NCBI GenBank assembly: GCA_963815115.1
Contig: CAWFFN010000007.1
Coordinates: 896,001 to 960,000 of the forward strand
Source: an uncultured delta proteobacterium
GTDB lineage: Bacteria > Desulfobacterota > Binatia > DP-6
Length of the DNA: 64,000 nt
Reading direction: 5' to 3'
Part shown: positions 1 to 13,526 of the stretch, piece after piece
Layout: every line of letters begins with the position of its first letter
How positions within the stretch are numbered: the stretch's first letter is position 1
Translations under genes and position numbers: made by a program
The notes under the pieces: generated by a model
Seen by the model: only the letters and a program-made list of their open reading frames with translations
The model's database searches: none
What the model was told of the DNA's origin: nothing

Positions 1-346
1 TCGCGGCCTTCCCCGGGGTGAGCGACGCGACCGCGTCCGACGGGAGATGGCGAACACCGATCCGGCGACCGTGATGCAGGCGACTCGAGCCGTGATTCGC
101 TTCTCGTCTCATGACTGGGCGGCCGGCATCGACGTTCCGACTGCGGTCGTGATCACGACCGAAGATCAGCTCGTCCCACCGAGCCGTCAGTACCGCCTCG
201 CGGCTTCAATCCCGGGGGCAAAGATCTTCGAGGTGGCCGCCGACCACCTGGCGTGCGTGCGGGCGGCGGACCGATTCGTGCCGGTACTCCTGGCAGCCTG
301 CGAGTACGTCGACGCCCACGCCGCGACGCGCCCGCAGCCCGCGTGA
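1..346 (+). CDS. Alpha/beta hydrolase, C-terminal part (5' end outside window)
   Basis: IDVPTAVVITTEDQLVPP...IPGA...ADHLA resembles the acid and His region of AB hydrolases. Confidence 0.65.
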   Translation, partial: RGLPRGERRDRVRREMANTDPATVMQATRAVIRFSSHDWAAGIDVPTAVVITTEDQLVPPSRQYRLAASIPGAKIFEVAADHLACVRAADRFVPVLLAACEYVDAHAATRPQPA

Positions 347-396
347 ACACTCCCCCGGCCGCTCAGGACGAGACGACCGTGGTGGGTGCCGCCATC

Positions 397-417
397 GGTT
401 CAAGTCCCCTCCTCGCA
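397..417 (+). repeat. tRNA-Leu-like 3' fragment (att-like scar), copy 1
   Basis: GGTTCAAGTCCCCTCCTCGCA is a T-loop plus acceptor 3' strand, nearly identical to 4052-4073; no D or anticodon arm upstream. Confidence 0.55.
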
Positions 418-584
418 TGCGATTTCGCAGCCGAATTTCGACGTTGGGTCCACATCCGCGATTTGGGGCCAGGTCAGTCCTTCCCGAAGGGCACCGACCT
501 TCAGGGGAACGTGAGGGTATTCGCCCTGCGCCCCTACCAGCCCGCCGCGCTTCCGTAACGGGAACCAGGCCCACGCAGCCCAGC

Positions 585-1757
585 CTACCTCACGATCGTC
601 GCGACGATCTGCGCCAGAAGCCGGTTCACCACGATCGCTGTGTCGATCGACCGGTAGTCGCCTGCGGTCGTCACGACGCCGACGTCGAGTTCGGGCACGA
701 CGAAGATGCGCTGGCCGCCGTTTCCCAATGCGCCGCTCCAGGCGACCTCGCGGCCACGCCACGGGAAGCGTCCGGTCCACCATTGGTAGCCGTAGCCCGC
801 GCCGTCGGGCGCGACGCCCGCCAGCTCGACGCCCGTCGCGACGTGCGGCCGCAGGGCGTCCGCGACCCATCCTTCGGGCACGACGGGACGATCCCGCCAG
901 CGGCCGCGACCGAGCACGAGCCGGCCGAGCTTCAGCATGTCGCGCGGCCGCATGCGCAGGCCGGCGTGGGCCAGCGGACGGCCGCGGACGTCCGTGGCCC
1001 ACACCCAGTCCGTGATCCCGAGCGGCGCGAAGAGCTCTTCCCGGGCCAGGTCGGGCAGGGCCCTGCCGGTTGCGCGGGTCAGCAGGGTGGCCAACGCCAC
1101 GGTGCCGCCGCCGTTGTAGTTGAAGCGCGTGCCGGGAACCGCAGCCTGCGGACGGTCGAAAAGGAAGCGGACGGGATCGCGCTTCCAGAGCAGGCGCGTC
1201 TCGTCGCTGGTGAGCGGCGTGGCGTCCCACTCGTTCCATTCGAGCCCGCTGGTCATCGTCAACAGCTGCTCGACCGTGATCGCAGCCCGCTCGCCGGTGC
1301 GCAGATCGGCGAGCTCGGGGAAAGCGTCGAGTGCCGGGGCGGACAGGCTCGCGATGTGGCCGTCATGCAGCGCGATGCCGATCAACAGTCCGACGACGCT
1401 CTTGCTGATCGAACGCAGGTCGTGGCGCACGTCCGCCGCGAAGCGGACGTCGCCGCCGAACGGGTTCGCGATGCCGTAGAGCACGTCGATTGGACGGTCC
1501 GGCCCGGTGCGGTACAGCTCCGCGACGAGCCGGCCGTGCCGCTCGACCAGGACGGCATGCACGTTCGGCTTCCCGGTCGCGACGCCCTGGAGCAGCGCGC
1601 ACAGCGCGCTCGCATCGAAGCCGGCCTCGTCGGGCGTCGCGACCAACCAGTCCGCGTCCGCCGCCGGACCCGCGCAGCCCGTCGGCGCGTCGGCGAGGGC
1701 GACGCGGAAGGTCGCGGCCAAGATCGCCGCCAGGATGAAAAACGCGGATCGTCGCAT
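585..1757 (-). CDS. Secreted serine hydrolase, beta-lactamase class C / 6-aminohexanoate-dimer hydrolase family
   Basis: Signal peptide; SxxK (SISK), FNYNGG, GYGYQWW, GNGGQRIFVVP. Confidence 0.9.
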   Translation of the reverse strand: MRRSAFFILAAILAATFRVALADAPTGCAGPAADADWLVATPDEAGFDASALCALLQGVATGKPNVHAVLVERHGRLVAELYRTGPDRPIDVLYGIANPFGGDVRFAADVRHDLRSISKSVVGLLIGIALHDGHIASLSAPALDAFPELADLRTGERAAITVEQLLTMTSGLEWNEWDATPLTSDETRLLWKRDPVRFLFDRPQAAVPGTRFNYNGGGTVALATLLTRATGRALPDLAREELFAPLGITDWVWATDVRGRPLAHAGLRMRPRDMLKLGRLVLGRGRWRDRPVVPEGWVADALRPHVATGVELAGVAPDGAGYGYQWWTGRFPWRGREVAWSGALGNGGQRIFVVPELDVGVVTTAGDYRSIDTAIVVNRLLAQIVATIVR

Positions 1758-1805
1758 TGGCTTGGCAGCCCGAGGGGCGGAATATAGCTGAGCCAGCTTT
1801 CCCGG

Positions 1806-1900
1806 ACACCTTCGGTGCGACCTCGGCCGCCAGGTTCCGCGTCATCACGTCGAGCGCCGCCTTCGCGGCGCCGTACGCAAAGGAGCTCGGCTACACCATG
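1806..1900 (-). pseudogene. Short-chain dehydrogenase fragment
   Basis: Minus strand reads MV*PSSFAYGAAKAALDVMTRNLAAEVAPKV (YxxxK motif); rest of the gene is absent. Confidence 0.55.
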
Positions 1901-2052
1901 TCGCTCGTGCGCCACTGCCGGCCATCTCGACCCGTAAGGCGGAGATTGCATGGGTCAGGCACGGACACCTCGACCAGCCCGCCTTCATGGGTGTCGTAAC
2001 GTCCCGAAGTCGGACGCAGGCCCACCACGCGCGCGGCGCGGACGGAGCGCCT

Positions 2053-2799
2053 TCAGAAGGCCGACCGCACCGGCCGGGCGTGTGCCGCCACGCTCGGCGA
2101 GCCGACGCCCAGGGCCCCGTTCTGGAAGTTCACGAGGAATCCGGTGGTGCCGTCGTCCGTCGTCGACGCCCAGTAGAACGCGGGGAGCGTCAGCCCGAAG
2201 ACCGGATCGATGCAGGGTCCGCCCATCTGGCAGGCGACCGTGGTCGTGTCCACGATCGTCAGCAACTCGATGATCGTCGGCGAGCGCCAGTCGCTGTGCG
2301 AGCCGCCCCCGGGCACCGGGGTGAGGGTCGTACCGTTGGTGCTGGTGCCGGTGAGGGACGCGGCCGCCCCCGCCGCACCGTCCAGCGTGAACGTGTTGTC
2401 GGCATCGAGAACGTCGAACACATTGGTGAAGCCGTCGAGCGCATCCTGCTTGGCCCACATGAGCCCCGTGTCGAAGTCCGTGACCGTGTTGTCCCCGTTG
2501 TCGCGATAGCGGCAGGGGATCGCGGACGCGGCCGCCTGGGCACGGATCGCGTCCATGACCGTCGCGAAGCGCTCCTGGCACGCGGCGCGATCTGCGCCCC
2601 GTCCCTGCGCGACCTTGGCCTCCGCGTTCCGCTGGCACTGCCGTAGATTGCCCCACGCCTTCAGCTTCTTCGCGAGGCAGTCCGGCGTCGTGATCGCTCG
2701 CGCCGGCGCGATGCCGCCGGCGAGCACCATCCAGGCAGCGACCGCGGCGACGACCGTGCCGCGGCCGCGCACCCCTCTCTCACCCGTGACCGTTCGCAT
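2053..2799 (-). CDS. Secreted DUF1566 (Lcl C-terminal, CLec-fold) protein, paralog A
   Basis: Signal peptide; RYRDNGDNTVTDFDTGLMW, DWRSPTIIEL, YWASTT, RPVRSAF. Confidence 0.85.
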   Translation of the reverse strand: MRTVTGERGVRGRGTVVAAVAAWMVLAGGIAPARAITTPDCLAKKLKAWGNLRQCQRNAEAKVAQGRGADRAACQERFATVMDAIRAQAAASAIPCRYRDNGDNTVTDFDTGLMWAKQDALDGFTNVFDVLDADNTFTLDGAAGAAASLTGTSTNGTTLTPVPGGGSHSDWRSPTIIELLTIVDTTTVACQMGGPCIDPVFGLTLPAFYWASTTDDGTTGFLVNFQNGALGVGSPSVAAHARPVRSAF

Positions 2800-2826
2800 G
2801 ATGTCCTCCTTGGCGGAGCGCGCTCG

Positions 2827-3573
2827 TCAGAAGGCCGAGCGCACCTCGCGAAAGTGTAGATCGCCGAGCGGGTTGCTGAACTCGATGACGCCGTTGAAGA
2901 AGTCCACGAACGCCGCGGGGCTCGGGCCGTTCTGGGCCCTGGTGGCGGACCAGTAATCGTGCGGCGACGTGCCGCCGAAGAGCGGATCGATGCACGCGCC
3001 ACCCATCCGGCAGCCGGGCGCGGCGGGGTCCACGATGCCCTCGAGCTCGACGATCGTGGGCAAGCGCCAGTCGGTGTACGACCCGTTTCCGGGCACGGGG
3101 ATGATGGTCGTGCCCGACGCGCTCGTCCCCGCCAGCTTGGCGGCGGTCTCGGCGGCCGTCTGCCACGGGAACGCGTTGTCGGCGTCGAGGATGAACGGGC
3201 TCGGGTTCCCGTCGAACGCGACCTGCCGCACCCACATGAGGCCGGTATCGAAGTCGGTGACGGTGTTGTCACCGTTGTCGCGATAGCGGCACGGGACCGC
3301 GGAGGCGGCGGCCTCGGCCCGGAGCATCTCGGCCTTCCTGTCGAACGCCGCCTGACACTTCGCGGGGTCCGCCGACCTCCCCTGGATGGTCTTCGCCTCC
3401 TCCTGCCGCTGGCACTTCCGCAGGCTGCCCCACGCCTTGAGCCGCTGGGAGAAGCAGCCCGCAGACGTGATCGCCGTCGCCGGGACGGCGCTCCCTGCCA
3501 GCACCATCGCTGCCGCGACCGCGGCGACGACCGCGGGGCCCCGCCTGCCTGCTTCACGCATTCCGGTCCGCAT
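2827..3573 (-). CDS. Secreted DUF1566 protein, paralog B
   Basis: GGAGGAGG RBS before ATG 3573; same motifs (DNGDNTVTDFDTGLMW, DWRLPTIVEL, YWSAT, REVRSAF). Confidence 0.85.
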   Translation of the reverse strand: MRTGMREAGRRGPAVVAAVAAAMVLAGSAVPATAITSAGCFSQRLKAWGSLRKCQRQEEAKTIQGRSADPAKCQAAFDRKAEMLRAEAAASAVPCRYRDNGDNTVTDFDTGLMWVRQVAFDGNPSPFILDADNAFPWQTAAETAAKLAGTSASGTTIIPVPGNGSYTDWRLPTIVELEGIVDPAAPGCRMGGACIDPLFGGTSPHDYWSATRAQNGPSPAAFVDFFNGVIEFSNPLGDLHFREVRSAF

Positions 3574-3947
3574 GACGTCCTCCTCCGAAGGTGATCCCTC
3601 TGCCCGGAGGGGCGCGAAATGTACGCGCCTCACCGGCACACGCTGGTGCGCCCGAAGATCGCGGACGCGAGGGGTGCCCTTCGGATCGATGACGCTACTT
3701 CTCGGGTAGCGGGCCGCTACCTTCGGAGTTCGGCCGCCTGCGCGGGAAGCAGATGGACGGGACGATGGGGCTATTCGTCCTTCGTCCCGTACCCGCCCTC
3801 TGCCCGGCGCCTATCGGGGTCACCTGGGGGCACCGGACAAGGACGCGGAGCCGCGCGCGAATAGCCGGCCTCATCGGCGGGCTCCCGATAGCCCCTACGC
3901 CATCGGCCTCTCCGTTGCCGCGGTTCACATCACGATCGCCATCGCGC

Positions 3948-4010
3948 AGAGGTGGACCCCCGGGGTCCACCTCTTGCCCGTTCTCGCCCGTTCTCGCCCG
4001 TTCTCGCCCG
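3948..4010. repeat. 13-bp perfect inverted repeat followed by 3x TTCTCGCCCG tandem repeat
   Basis: AGAGGTGGACCCC-C-GGGGTCCACCTCT at 3948-3974; 10-mers at 3981-4010; lies just upstream of a tRNA 3' fragment. Confidence 0.8.
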
Positions 4011-4047
4011 CGCTGCCGCGAGAATCCTGGGATTTTTCAGGAAGACC

Positions 4048-4074
4048 GGGGGGTTCAAGTCCCCCTCCTCGCAC
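4048..4074 (+). repeat. tRNA-Leu-like 3' fragment (att-like scar), copy 2
   Basis: GGGGG-TTCAAGT-CCCCC T-arm plus TCCTCGC-A acceptor strand; 5' half missing. Confidence 0.7.
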
Positions 4075-4137
4075 TGATCCTGCGTTGCGCGTCGCGTCCT
4101 CTTGCCGGGTGAACGCGCGCGGGGTACTCGCCCCGGG

Positions 4138-5925
4138 ATGCCGACCGCATCCGAAGCGTCCACGGTGGCCGAAGCCTTTCGCCGCACGGTCGCGGCGACG
4201 CCCGATCGCGTCGCCGTCCGCACCCTCGACGATGCCGTCTCCCTCACGTGGGCAGCCCTGGCCCAGCGCGTCGACGCCGTCGCCGGCGGTCTCGCCAAGC
4301 TCGGGGTCCGTCGCGGCGATACGGTGGCGCTGCTGATTGGCAACCGGCCGGAGTTTCACCTGGTCGATCTCGCGGTCACCACGATCGGCGCGACGCCGTT
4401 CTCCATCTACCAGACGCTGCCCCCCGAGCAGATCGCGTACGTCGTGAGGGACGCCGGCGCGCGTCTCGCCATCGCCGAGACGGCACTGCTCCCGAACTTG
4501 CTCGCCGCCCGCCGCGAGCTGCCCGGCCTCGAGCGCGTCGTCGTGATCGGTGCCGGCGAGACGGGCACGATTCCGCTCGGCGAGGTCGAAGGATCCAACC
4601 CGGGCTTCGACGTCGAGGCGGCATGGCGCGCCGTCACGCCCGAGGACGTCCTCACGCTGATCTACACGTCGGGGACGACGGGCCCGCCGAAAGGCGTCCA
4701 GCTCGTGCACCGCAACATCATGGCGACCGCGCGCGTGCTGCGGCAGGTGATCCCCGTTCCGGAGGGCGGCCGGGTGATCTCGTGGCTGCCGTCGGCGCAC
4801 ATCGCCGAGCGTGCCGCCCACCACTACCTGCCGCTGATCTTCGGGCTCACGATCACCACCTGCCCCAATCCGAAGGAGCTCCTGACGTACCTGTCGGCGG
4901 TGCGGCCGCACTGGTTCTTCGCCGTGCCGCGGATCTGGGAGAAGATGAAGGCCGGCCTCGAGGCGCGGCTGGCCGGACTCCCCGACGAGCAGCGCGGACG
5001 GTTCGAGGCGGCATTCGCGGCCTCGCTCGAGAAGGTCCGCCTCGAGCAGGCGGGCTCGCCGGTGCCCGCCGCACTCGCCGCCCGGGTGGCGGAGGCCGAT
5101 GCCGGCATCTTTGCCATGCTGCGCTCCATACTGGGGCTCGACGTAGCGGTATCCGTGAACGTCGGCGCAGCGCCGACGCCGCGCGAGGTGCTCGAGTTCT
5201 TTCACGCCCTGGGCATTCGTGTCGGGGAGCTGTGGGGGATGTCCGAGACCACGGGCGCCGGCACCGTCAACCCGCCCGAGCGCATGAAGCTCGGTACGGT
5301 CGGCAAACCGGTCCCGGGCGTGGAGATCAAGCTCGCCGCGGACGGCGAAGTCCTCATTCGCGGCGACGTCGTGATGATCGGCTACCGGAACATGCCGGAG
5401 AAGACGGCCGAGGTGCTCGATCCCGATGGCTGGCTCGCCACCGGCGACGTGGGCGAGATCGACGCCGACGGCTACCTCCGGATCATCGATCGCAAGAAGG
5501 AGCTCATCATCAACTCGGCGGGCAAGAACATGTCGCCCGCCAACATCGAGAGCGCCCTCAAGGGCGCCAGTTCGTTGATCGGTCAGGTGTGCGTGATCGG
5601 CGACGCCCGGCCCTACAACACGGCGCTCGTCGTGCTCGATCCCGATTACGCGGCTACATGGGCGGCGCAGCGGAGCATTGCGGACACATCGCCCGCCGAC
5701 CTGGCGCGCGACGCCCGCATGCAGGCCGCCGTCCAGGAGGCCGTGAACAGGGCCAATGCGCGGCTGTCGAGAGTCGAGCAGATCAAGCAGTTCCATCTCG
5801 TGCCCGGTGACTGGATGCCGGGTGGCGACGAGCTCACGCCCACGATGAAGCTCAAGCGCAAGCCGATCTCGGAGAAGTACGCCCGCGAGATCGAGGCGAT
5901 GTACGCCGGTCGTGCCGAGGGGTGA
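4138..5925 (+). CDS. Long-chain fatty-acid--CoA ligase (FadD11/15-like)
   Basis: YTSGTTGPPKG, ELWGMSE, GWLATGD, DRKKELII, LTPTMKLKR. Confidence 0.92.
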   Translation: MPTASEASTVAEAFRRTVAATPDRVAVRTLDDAVSLTWAALAQRVDAVAGGLAKLGVRRGDTVALLIGNRPEFHLVDLAVTTIGATPFSIYQTLPPEQIAYVVRDAGARLAIAETALLPNLLAARRELPGLERVVVIGAGETGTIPLGEVEGSNPGFDVEAAWRAVTPEDVLTLIYTSGTTGPPKGVQLVHRNIMATARVLRQVIPVPEGGRVISWLPSAHIAERAAHHYLPLIFGLTITTCPNPKELLTYLSAVRPHWFFAVPRIWEKMKAGLEARLAGLPDEQRGRFEAAFAASLEKVRLEQAGSPVPAALAARVAEADAGIFAMLRSILGLDVAVSVNVGAAPTPREVLEFFHALGIRVGELWGMSETTGAGTVNPPERMKLGTVGKPVPGVEIKLAADGEVLIRGDVVMIGYRNMPEKTAEVLDPDGWLATGDVGEIDADGYLRIIDRKKELIINSAGKNMSPANIESALKGASSLIGQVCVIGDARPYNTALVVLDPDYAATWAAQRSIADTSPADLARDARMQAAVQEAVNRANARLSRVEQIKQFHLVPGDWMPGGDELTPTMKLKRKPISEKYAREIEAMYAGRAEG

Positions 5926-5945
5926 GCGGTCCTGGCGAGGGGGGC

Positions 5946-6944
5946 CTACCTGCCGACCGGGCGGGCACGGCGCAACACCCACAGGCGCACGCGCCCGAGA
6001 CCGCGCAGGTTGACCGGCCGCAGGTGGCGCAGCTCGAAGCGCGGGTGGTCGACCAGCTGTTGCCCGAGCTCTTCGGAGATCAGCACCGTGTTCGGCCTGG
6101 CGAGGTTCACGAGACGACTCGCCAGATTGACCGTCGGCCCATACAGGTCGCCTTCCCAGGCAAGCGTCGGCCCGCTCGCAAGGCCGACCCGGACCTCCGG
6201 CACGTCGGCGTCGTGGGCATAGGCCTCGGCGAGCGCGATCGCGATGTCGGCACCCCGACCGACGTCGTCGGCCACGAACATGACCTCGTCGCCGATCATC
6301 TTCACCACGCGACCGCCGCGTTCGGGGATGTGCTCGTAGGCGAGCGCCTCGAAGCGGTCCACCATCGTCGCGAGCTCGTGGGGTGCCAGCGCGAGGCTCA
6401 GGGTCGTGAACCCGACGAGATCCGCGAACCCCACGGCGAGCGACCTGTCGGCGCTCGATGGCTTGGCCGCCCAGCGCCGGAGGGCAGCGAGCAGATGCCG
6501 GCGCCACACGTAGCCGAGGAACTGCTCGAGGCTCGGGGCAAGCGCTTCCATCCGGCCGATGACCGCTTCGACGGCCGCGTCGTCGGACGGCGCTTCGTCA
6601 TGGAGACGCCCCAGGCGCCCCGCGGCGGCGGTCACCTGGGCGTCGGCAACGCGCGCCAGCGACTGCCCGATGACCCGGGAGAGCTGCAGCAGATCATCGC
6701 GGTTCGCGCTTTGCACCTCGACGAGCGCGCGCACGGCGCGCACGATCTCGATGTCCGCATGCGTGAAGACGTGATCGCCCTCCGGGACGGGCGGAAAGCC
6801 GAGAGCAAGCCACAGGCGCCGCGCTTCCGCGGGGTCGACACCTGCCTGCCGGGAGACATCGAGGGACGTGAACGCGAGCGTGCCCAGCAAGGCTTCGGTG
6901 AGACGGCCCCACGGGTCGGACGTGTCCATGCTCGAATCCCCCAT
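5946..6944 (-). CDS. Class III adenylate cyclase with N-terminal regulatory domain (Rv2212-like)
   Basis: FADLVGFT, VKMIGDEVM, DLYGPTVNLASRL. Confidence 0.88.
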   Translation of the reverse strand: MGDSSMDTSDPWGRLTEALLGTLAFTSLDVSRQAGVDPAEARRLWLALGFPPVPEGDHVFTHADIEIVRAVRALVEVQSANRDDLLQLSRVIGQSLARVADAQVTAAAGRLGRLHDEAPSDDAAVEAVIGRMEALAPSLEQFLGYVWRRHLLAALRRWAAKPSSADRSLAVGFADLVGFTTLSLALAPHELATMVDRFEALAYEHIPERGGRVVKMIGDEVMFVADDVGRGADIAIALAEAYAHDADVPEVRVGLASGPTLAWEGDLYGPTVNLASRLVNLARPNTVLISEELGQQLVDHPRFELRHLRPVNLRGLGRVRLWVLRRARPVGR

Positions 6945-6999
6945 ACACCGGGCGTTTCCGCCGCGATATGGCGGGCAAGGAGCCGACCCCGATCGGCGA

Positions 7000-7836
7000 T
7001 CACGCTCGCGTGCGGGCCCGGCGCCCGAATCGATCGATCATGCGGGGCAGCAGCGCGCGGTCTGGGTCCCGCTCGCGTTCCACCAGGAGCGCAGTGATGC
7101 CCGCCTCGATGGCGAGGCGCACCCGCTCCCGCAGCGCGAAACAGACCTGCTCGTCGCCCGCCTGGCCGGCGAGCGGCTCCGTCTCGATGGCGGGTGCGAA
7201 GCGAAAGTAGAAGCGCTCCGGCCGCGGCAGCATGGTCGGGCCGATCCCGCGCACGACCGGCGCGACGACATCGGCTCGAGGTGTGAGCTGACGGATGAGC
7301 GGCCCGACCGGCGACGCCAGGAGTTCGTCCGCGTCGATCAGGATGTCGAACGCGTCCTCGGCTCCGACGGCGGAGAACGGCACGATCGAGTAGCCGTGCT
7401 CGATCGCCAGGTGCGCGAACCCCGTGCGCTTGCCCCAGAGAAGCCGGTACTGCTCGCCCTTGCGCTTGAAGACCTCCCGGGCGCCGCCCGGGAAGACCAG
7501 AATCGATTCCCGCTCGGCCATGAGCGCGTGCACGACTTCGGGTGTACCGTCGACGACGCCGAAGCGCGCGAGGAGGTCGCGCCAGACCGGAACCCGGAAA
7601 TGCAGATGATCGCCGAGGGCTCGTACGAATACCCCGCGGCGCTCGTGGAGCCCGAGCACCATGAGCGGGGCGTCGAGAACGCCCATGAGCGTGTGGTTCC
7701 CTGCGAGGAGGAAGGGCCGATCGGCGGGAACGTGCTCGAGCCCCTCGAAGCACGGCGCCGTCATCCAGCGCCACGGCGCGAGGACGAGGCGGGCCGCCTC
7801 GATCTCGGCTCGAGTCGGTCGGTGCCCGACGGTCAT
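7000..7836 (-). CDS. Lysophospholipid/diacylglycerol acyltransferase family protein
   Basis: GNHTLMGVLD, VFPGGARE, GFAHLA. Confidence 0.85.
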   Translation of the reverse strand: MTVGHRPTRAEIEAARLVLAPWRWMTAPCFEGLEHVPADRPFLLAGNHTLMGVLDAPLMVLGLHERRGVFVRALGDHLHFRVPVWRDLLARFGVVDGTPEVVHALMAERESILVFPGGAREVFKRKGEQYRLLWGKRTGFAHLAIEHGYSIVPFSAVGAEDAFDILIDADELLASPVGPLIRQLTPRADVVAPVVRGIGPTMLPRPERFYFRFAPAIETEPLAGQAGDEQVCFALRERVRLAIEAGITALLVERERDPDRALLPRMIDRFGRRARTRA

Positions 7837-8118
7837 TGTACCGCTCTCAGTGACGCTGCAATCGGTGCGGCGTGTGTGCGTTCACGAGGGCGCCGAGACA
7901 CGAGCGGGCGAGGCGAGGAGCGCCACGCCGGCACGAGCGCGAGATCGGGGCGTCACCCTGCCCATCCGAGCCTGAAATCAGCCCGACGACGTATGCTTGT
8001 CAACGACGCTGCCGGCCGGTGGCCCGACTCGCCCCCCCGGCATCCATCCGCACACGTGGCGAACGGCACCAGGCGCGATGCCGTGCAAAGTGACCTGCAT
8101 CGTTGCTAGGATGGACGT

Positions 8119-8385
8119 ATGAGCGGACACCTCCTCCTCGCCGTCGTCTCCGTCGCTGCAGCCGCGGTCACCATGGCGGCTGGCGCGGTCGGGGCAGCGA
8201 TCGGCGAGAGCCGCATCGCCTCGGCGGCCATGGACGCCCTCGCCCGGCAGCCGGACGAGGCTTCGTCCATCACCCGCACGCTGTTCGTGAGCCTCGCCAT
8301 GGTGGAGTCGACCGCGATCTTCTGCCTCGTGGTCGCGCTCATCCTGCTCTTTGCCAATCCGTTCGTGAGCATCACGGGCGGCTGA
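8119..8385 (+). CDS. atpE: N-type ATPase subunit c
   Basis: Two hydrophobic helices, ARQP loop, ITRTLFVSLAMVESTAIF, ANPF. Confidence 0.93.
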   Translation: MSGHLLLAVVSVAAAAVTMAAGAVGAAIGESRIASAAMDALARQPDEASSITRTLFVSLAMVESTAIFCLVVALILLFANPFVSITGG

Positions 8386-8393
8386 CGGAGCCC

Positions 8394-9117
8394 GTGTCGC
8401 CGAGCCTCACGACGTTCCTGTTCGAGGCTGCCAACTTTCTCCTGCTGGCGGTGGTGCTGGGGTGGGCCTTCTTCCGGCCGGTCCAGGATGCGATCGAGCG
8501 TCGCCGGGCCGCCCTCGAGGCGGAGCGCCGCGACTGCGAACGGACCCGTGCGGCCGCGGAGCAGCAGCTGGCGCAGGCCGAGGCCCGGCGGCGCGAGGTG
8601 GAGGCGTCACTCGCCCCCCTGCGAGCCGACGCCCGCCGGGAGGCGGATCGGCAGGCGGCGGCGATCCTCGAGAACGCCCGCTCCCAGGCCGCCGAGGAGC
8701 TCGGCCGCCTCGAGGCCGACCTCGCGGCACTGCGGCGCGAGAACGCCCGGACGCTCGCCCGCGACGCCGCCGAGGCGGCCGGGACGATCGTCGCGCGGCT
8801 CCTGGCGGAGATCGATGGTCCCGACCTCGATGCCGCGCTTGCGCGCGCGGCCTGCGACCGCCTCAAGGCCCTCCCCGATGCCAAGCGGGCAGGCCCCGTG
8901 GACGTCGAGACGGCGCGCCCGCTGGACGTCGAGACGCGCGCCCGGCTGGCGGAGGCGCTGGGTCCCGGGGTGACCGTGCACGACCACGTCGTCCCCGAGC
9001 TGGGTGCCGGCCTGCGGATCGTCACGCATGCTGGGCTCGTGGAGGCGTCCGCATCCGGCCTCGCCGCCTGGGCGGAGCGAGAGCTGCTCGCACGCATCGC
9101 GCCCGAGGACGAAGGCG

Positions 9118-9125
<8 letters not shown>
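8394..9125 (+). CDS. atpF: N-type ATPase subunit b (extended, delta-like C-terminus)
   Basis: TFLFEAANFLLLAVVL..FFRPV membrane anchor, coiled coil, PELGAGLRI C-terminal domain; GTG start inferred. Confidence 0.85.
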
Positions 9126-12840
<3,715 letters not shown>

Positions 12841-12841
12841 C

Positions 12842-13249
12842 GTGATGGATCGGCCCTGCCTGCACCTCGTCGTTCGCACGCCGCACGAAGTCGTCGCAGA
12901 TCTGACCGTGCTCTCGCTCCGAGTGCCCGCGGACACGGGGCAGGTGGGGATCCGGCCACGGGGAGAGGCGACCGTCACGCCGGTCGAACCGGGGTTGGTC
13001 CTGATCCGCACGGCGGACGGGATGCGCTTCCTCGGCACGGCGGGCGGGCTCCTCCGGACGGCGGCGCGAGAGGCCGTGCTGCTCACACCCGTCGCCGTCC
13101 TCGGCGACGACGCGGCGGCGGTCCTGGCGGCGGTCGACGCCGCGCTGGCTGGCCCCGATCCCGAACGCGAGCTGCGTCAGGCGATCGAGCGCCTCGAGGC
13201 GGGGCTCCTGCACGAGGTGCACGGGGGAGACCGTGGCGAGCGGCGGTGA
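12842..13249 (+). CDS. atpC: F1 ATPase subunit epsilon
   Basis: LHLVVRTP...VPADTGQVGIRP beta-sandwich pattern; follows atpD. Confidence 0.8.
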   Translation: MMDRPCLHLVVRTPHEVVADLTVLSLRVPADTGQVGIRPRGEATVTPVEPGLVLIRTADGMRFLGTAGGLLRTAAREAVLLTPVAVLGDDAAAVLAAVDAALAGPDPERELRQAIERLEAGLLHEVHGGDRGERR

Positions 13250-13526
13250 CGGTGGCGAGCGGCCCGACATGCGCCGCTCGATCGAGCGCGACGCGCGCCG
13301 GCACGCACGCCGCGAGCCGACGGCGGCGACCTTCTGGCGATCCCTCTCGGTGCTGGGCACGGTGGGCTGGTCGATCGCCCTCCCCGCGGCGGGCGGCGCG
13401 CTTCTCGGGCATCATCTGGACACCCGACTCGGTACCGGTGTGCGCTTGACGTTGATCCTGCTCACAGCCGGCGTGCTGGTCGGCGGCGTGCTCGCCTGGC
13501 ACGCACTGGGACGCGACCGGGAGTGA
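13233..13526 (+). CDS. atpQ: N-ATPase AtpQ (AtpZ/AtpI-like) membrane protein
   Basis: LGTVGWSIALP..GALLGHHLD, two TM helices; start may be ATG 13269. Confidence 0.8.
   Translation: MASGGDGGERPDMRRSIERDARRHARREPTAATFWRSLSVLGTVGWSIALPAAGGALLGHHLDTRLGTGVRLTLILLTAGVLVGGVLAWHALGRDRE

Noticed and set aside
461-470. ATTTGGGGCC found downstream of both the tRNA-Leu scar and (inverted, 18495-18504) the tRNA-Arg scar
   Set aside because: A single 10-bp match with different spacing could be chance.
3981-4010. Possible CRISPR array or other spacer-type repeat
   Set aside because: Contiguous 10-mers without spacers; no CRISPR array or cas genes were seen in the window.
3925-6507. 860-aa minus-strand ORF
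   Set aside because: Shadow of the acyl-CoA ligase with low-complexity Arg/Gly composition.
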